This document shows positions 63,722 to 64,000 of a DNA stretch of 64,000 bases, in pieces. The notes under the pieces were generated by a model that was given only the letters and a program-made list of their open reading frames with translations, was not told the DNA's origin and did not search any database. The stretch's first letter is position 1, and each line of letters opens with the position of its first letter. A program made the position numbers and the translations under genes. Location: positions 99,634,001-99,698,000 of the forward strand of contig OX597822.1 in assembly GCA_951406725.2 (NCBI GenBank). The letters are read 5' to 3'. The DNA is from Octopus vulgaris (lineage: Eukaryota).

Positions 63722-64000
63722 TTATTTCTTTATTGCCCACAAGGGACTAAACATAGAGGGGACAAACAAGGTCAGACAAAGGGACTAAGTCGATTACATC
63801 GACCCCAGTGCGTAACTGGTACTTAATTTATCGACCCCGAAAGGATGAAAGGCAAAGTCGACCTTGGCGGAATTTGAACTCAGAACGTAACAGCAGACGG
63901 AATAGTTATTTCTTTTACTACTCACAAGGGGCTAAACACAGAGGGGACAAACAAAGACAGGCAAAGGGATTAAGTCATTTACATCGACCCCAGTGCGTAA
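63722..64000 (-). mobile_element. Family B SINE tandem array, truncated by window end
   Basis: ~185-bp unit repeated. Confidence 0.85.

Overview
AT-rich eukaryotic, non-coding, repeat-dense DNA. The SINE families and the (TA)n/(TG)n load point to an octopod cephalopod genome (inferred, not database-checked). No protein-coding exon of a recognisable host gene was found; most tracked ORFs are translations of microsatellites or SINEs. Recognisable protein relics are all transposon-derived: a maT/DD37D transposase, mariner and Tc1 fragments, R4/Dong-type LINE fragments, and RTE and CR1 3' ends. Also present: several modular SINE families, piggyBac- and mariner-type MITEs, and a non-autonomous Helitron. 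The most striking structure is a set of nine minimal type-I hammerhead ribozyme motifs at eight loci, of the kind found in Penelope-like element terminal repeats. It includes a 357-bp near-perfect palindrome (39193-39549) that encodes an intact hammerhead core on each strand. CpG decay in repeats changes at about 6.3 kb, next to a repeat-poor promoter-like island. Weak signals suggest a minus-strand spliced transcript with micro-exons. Repeat boundaries are read by eye and approximate, and not every SINE fragment is listed.
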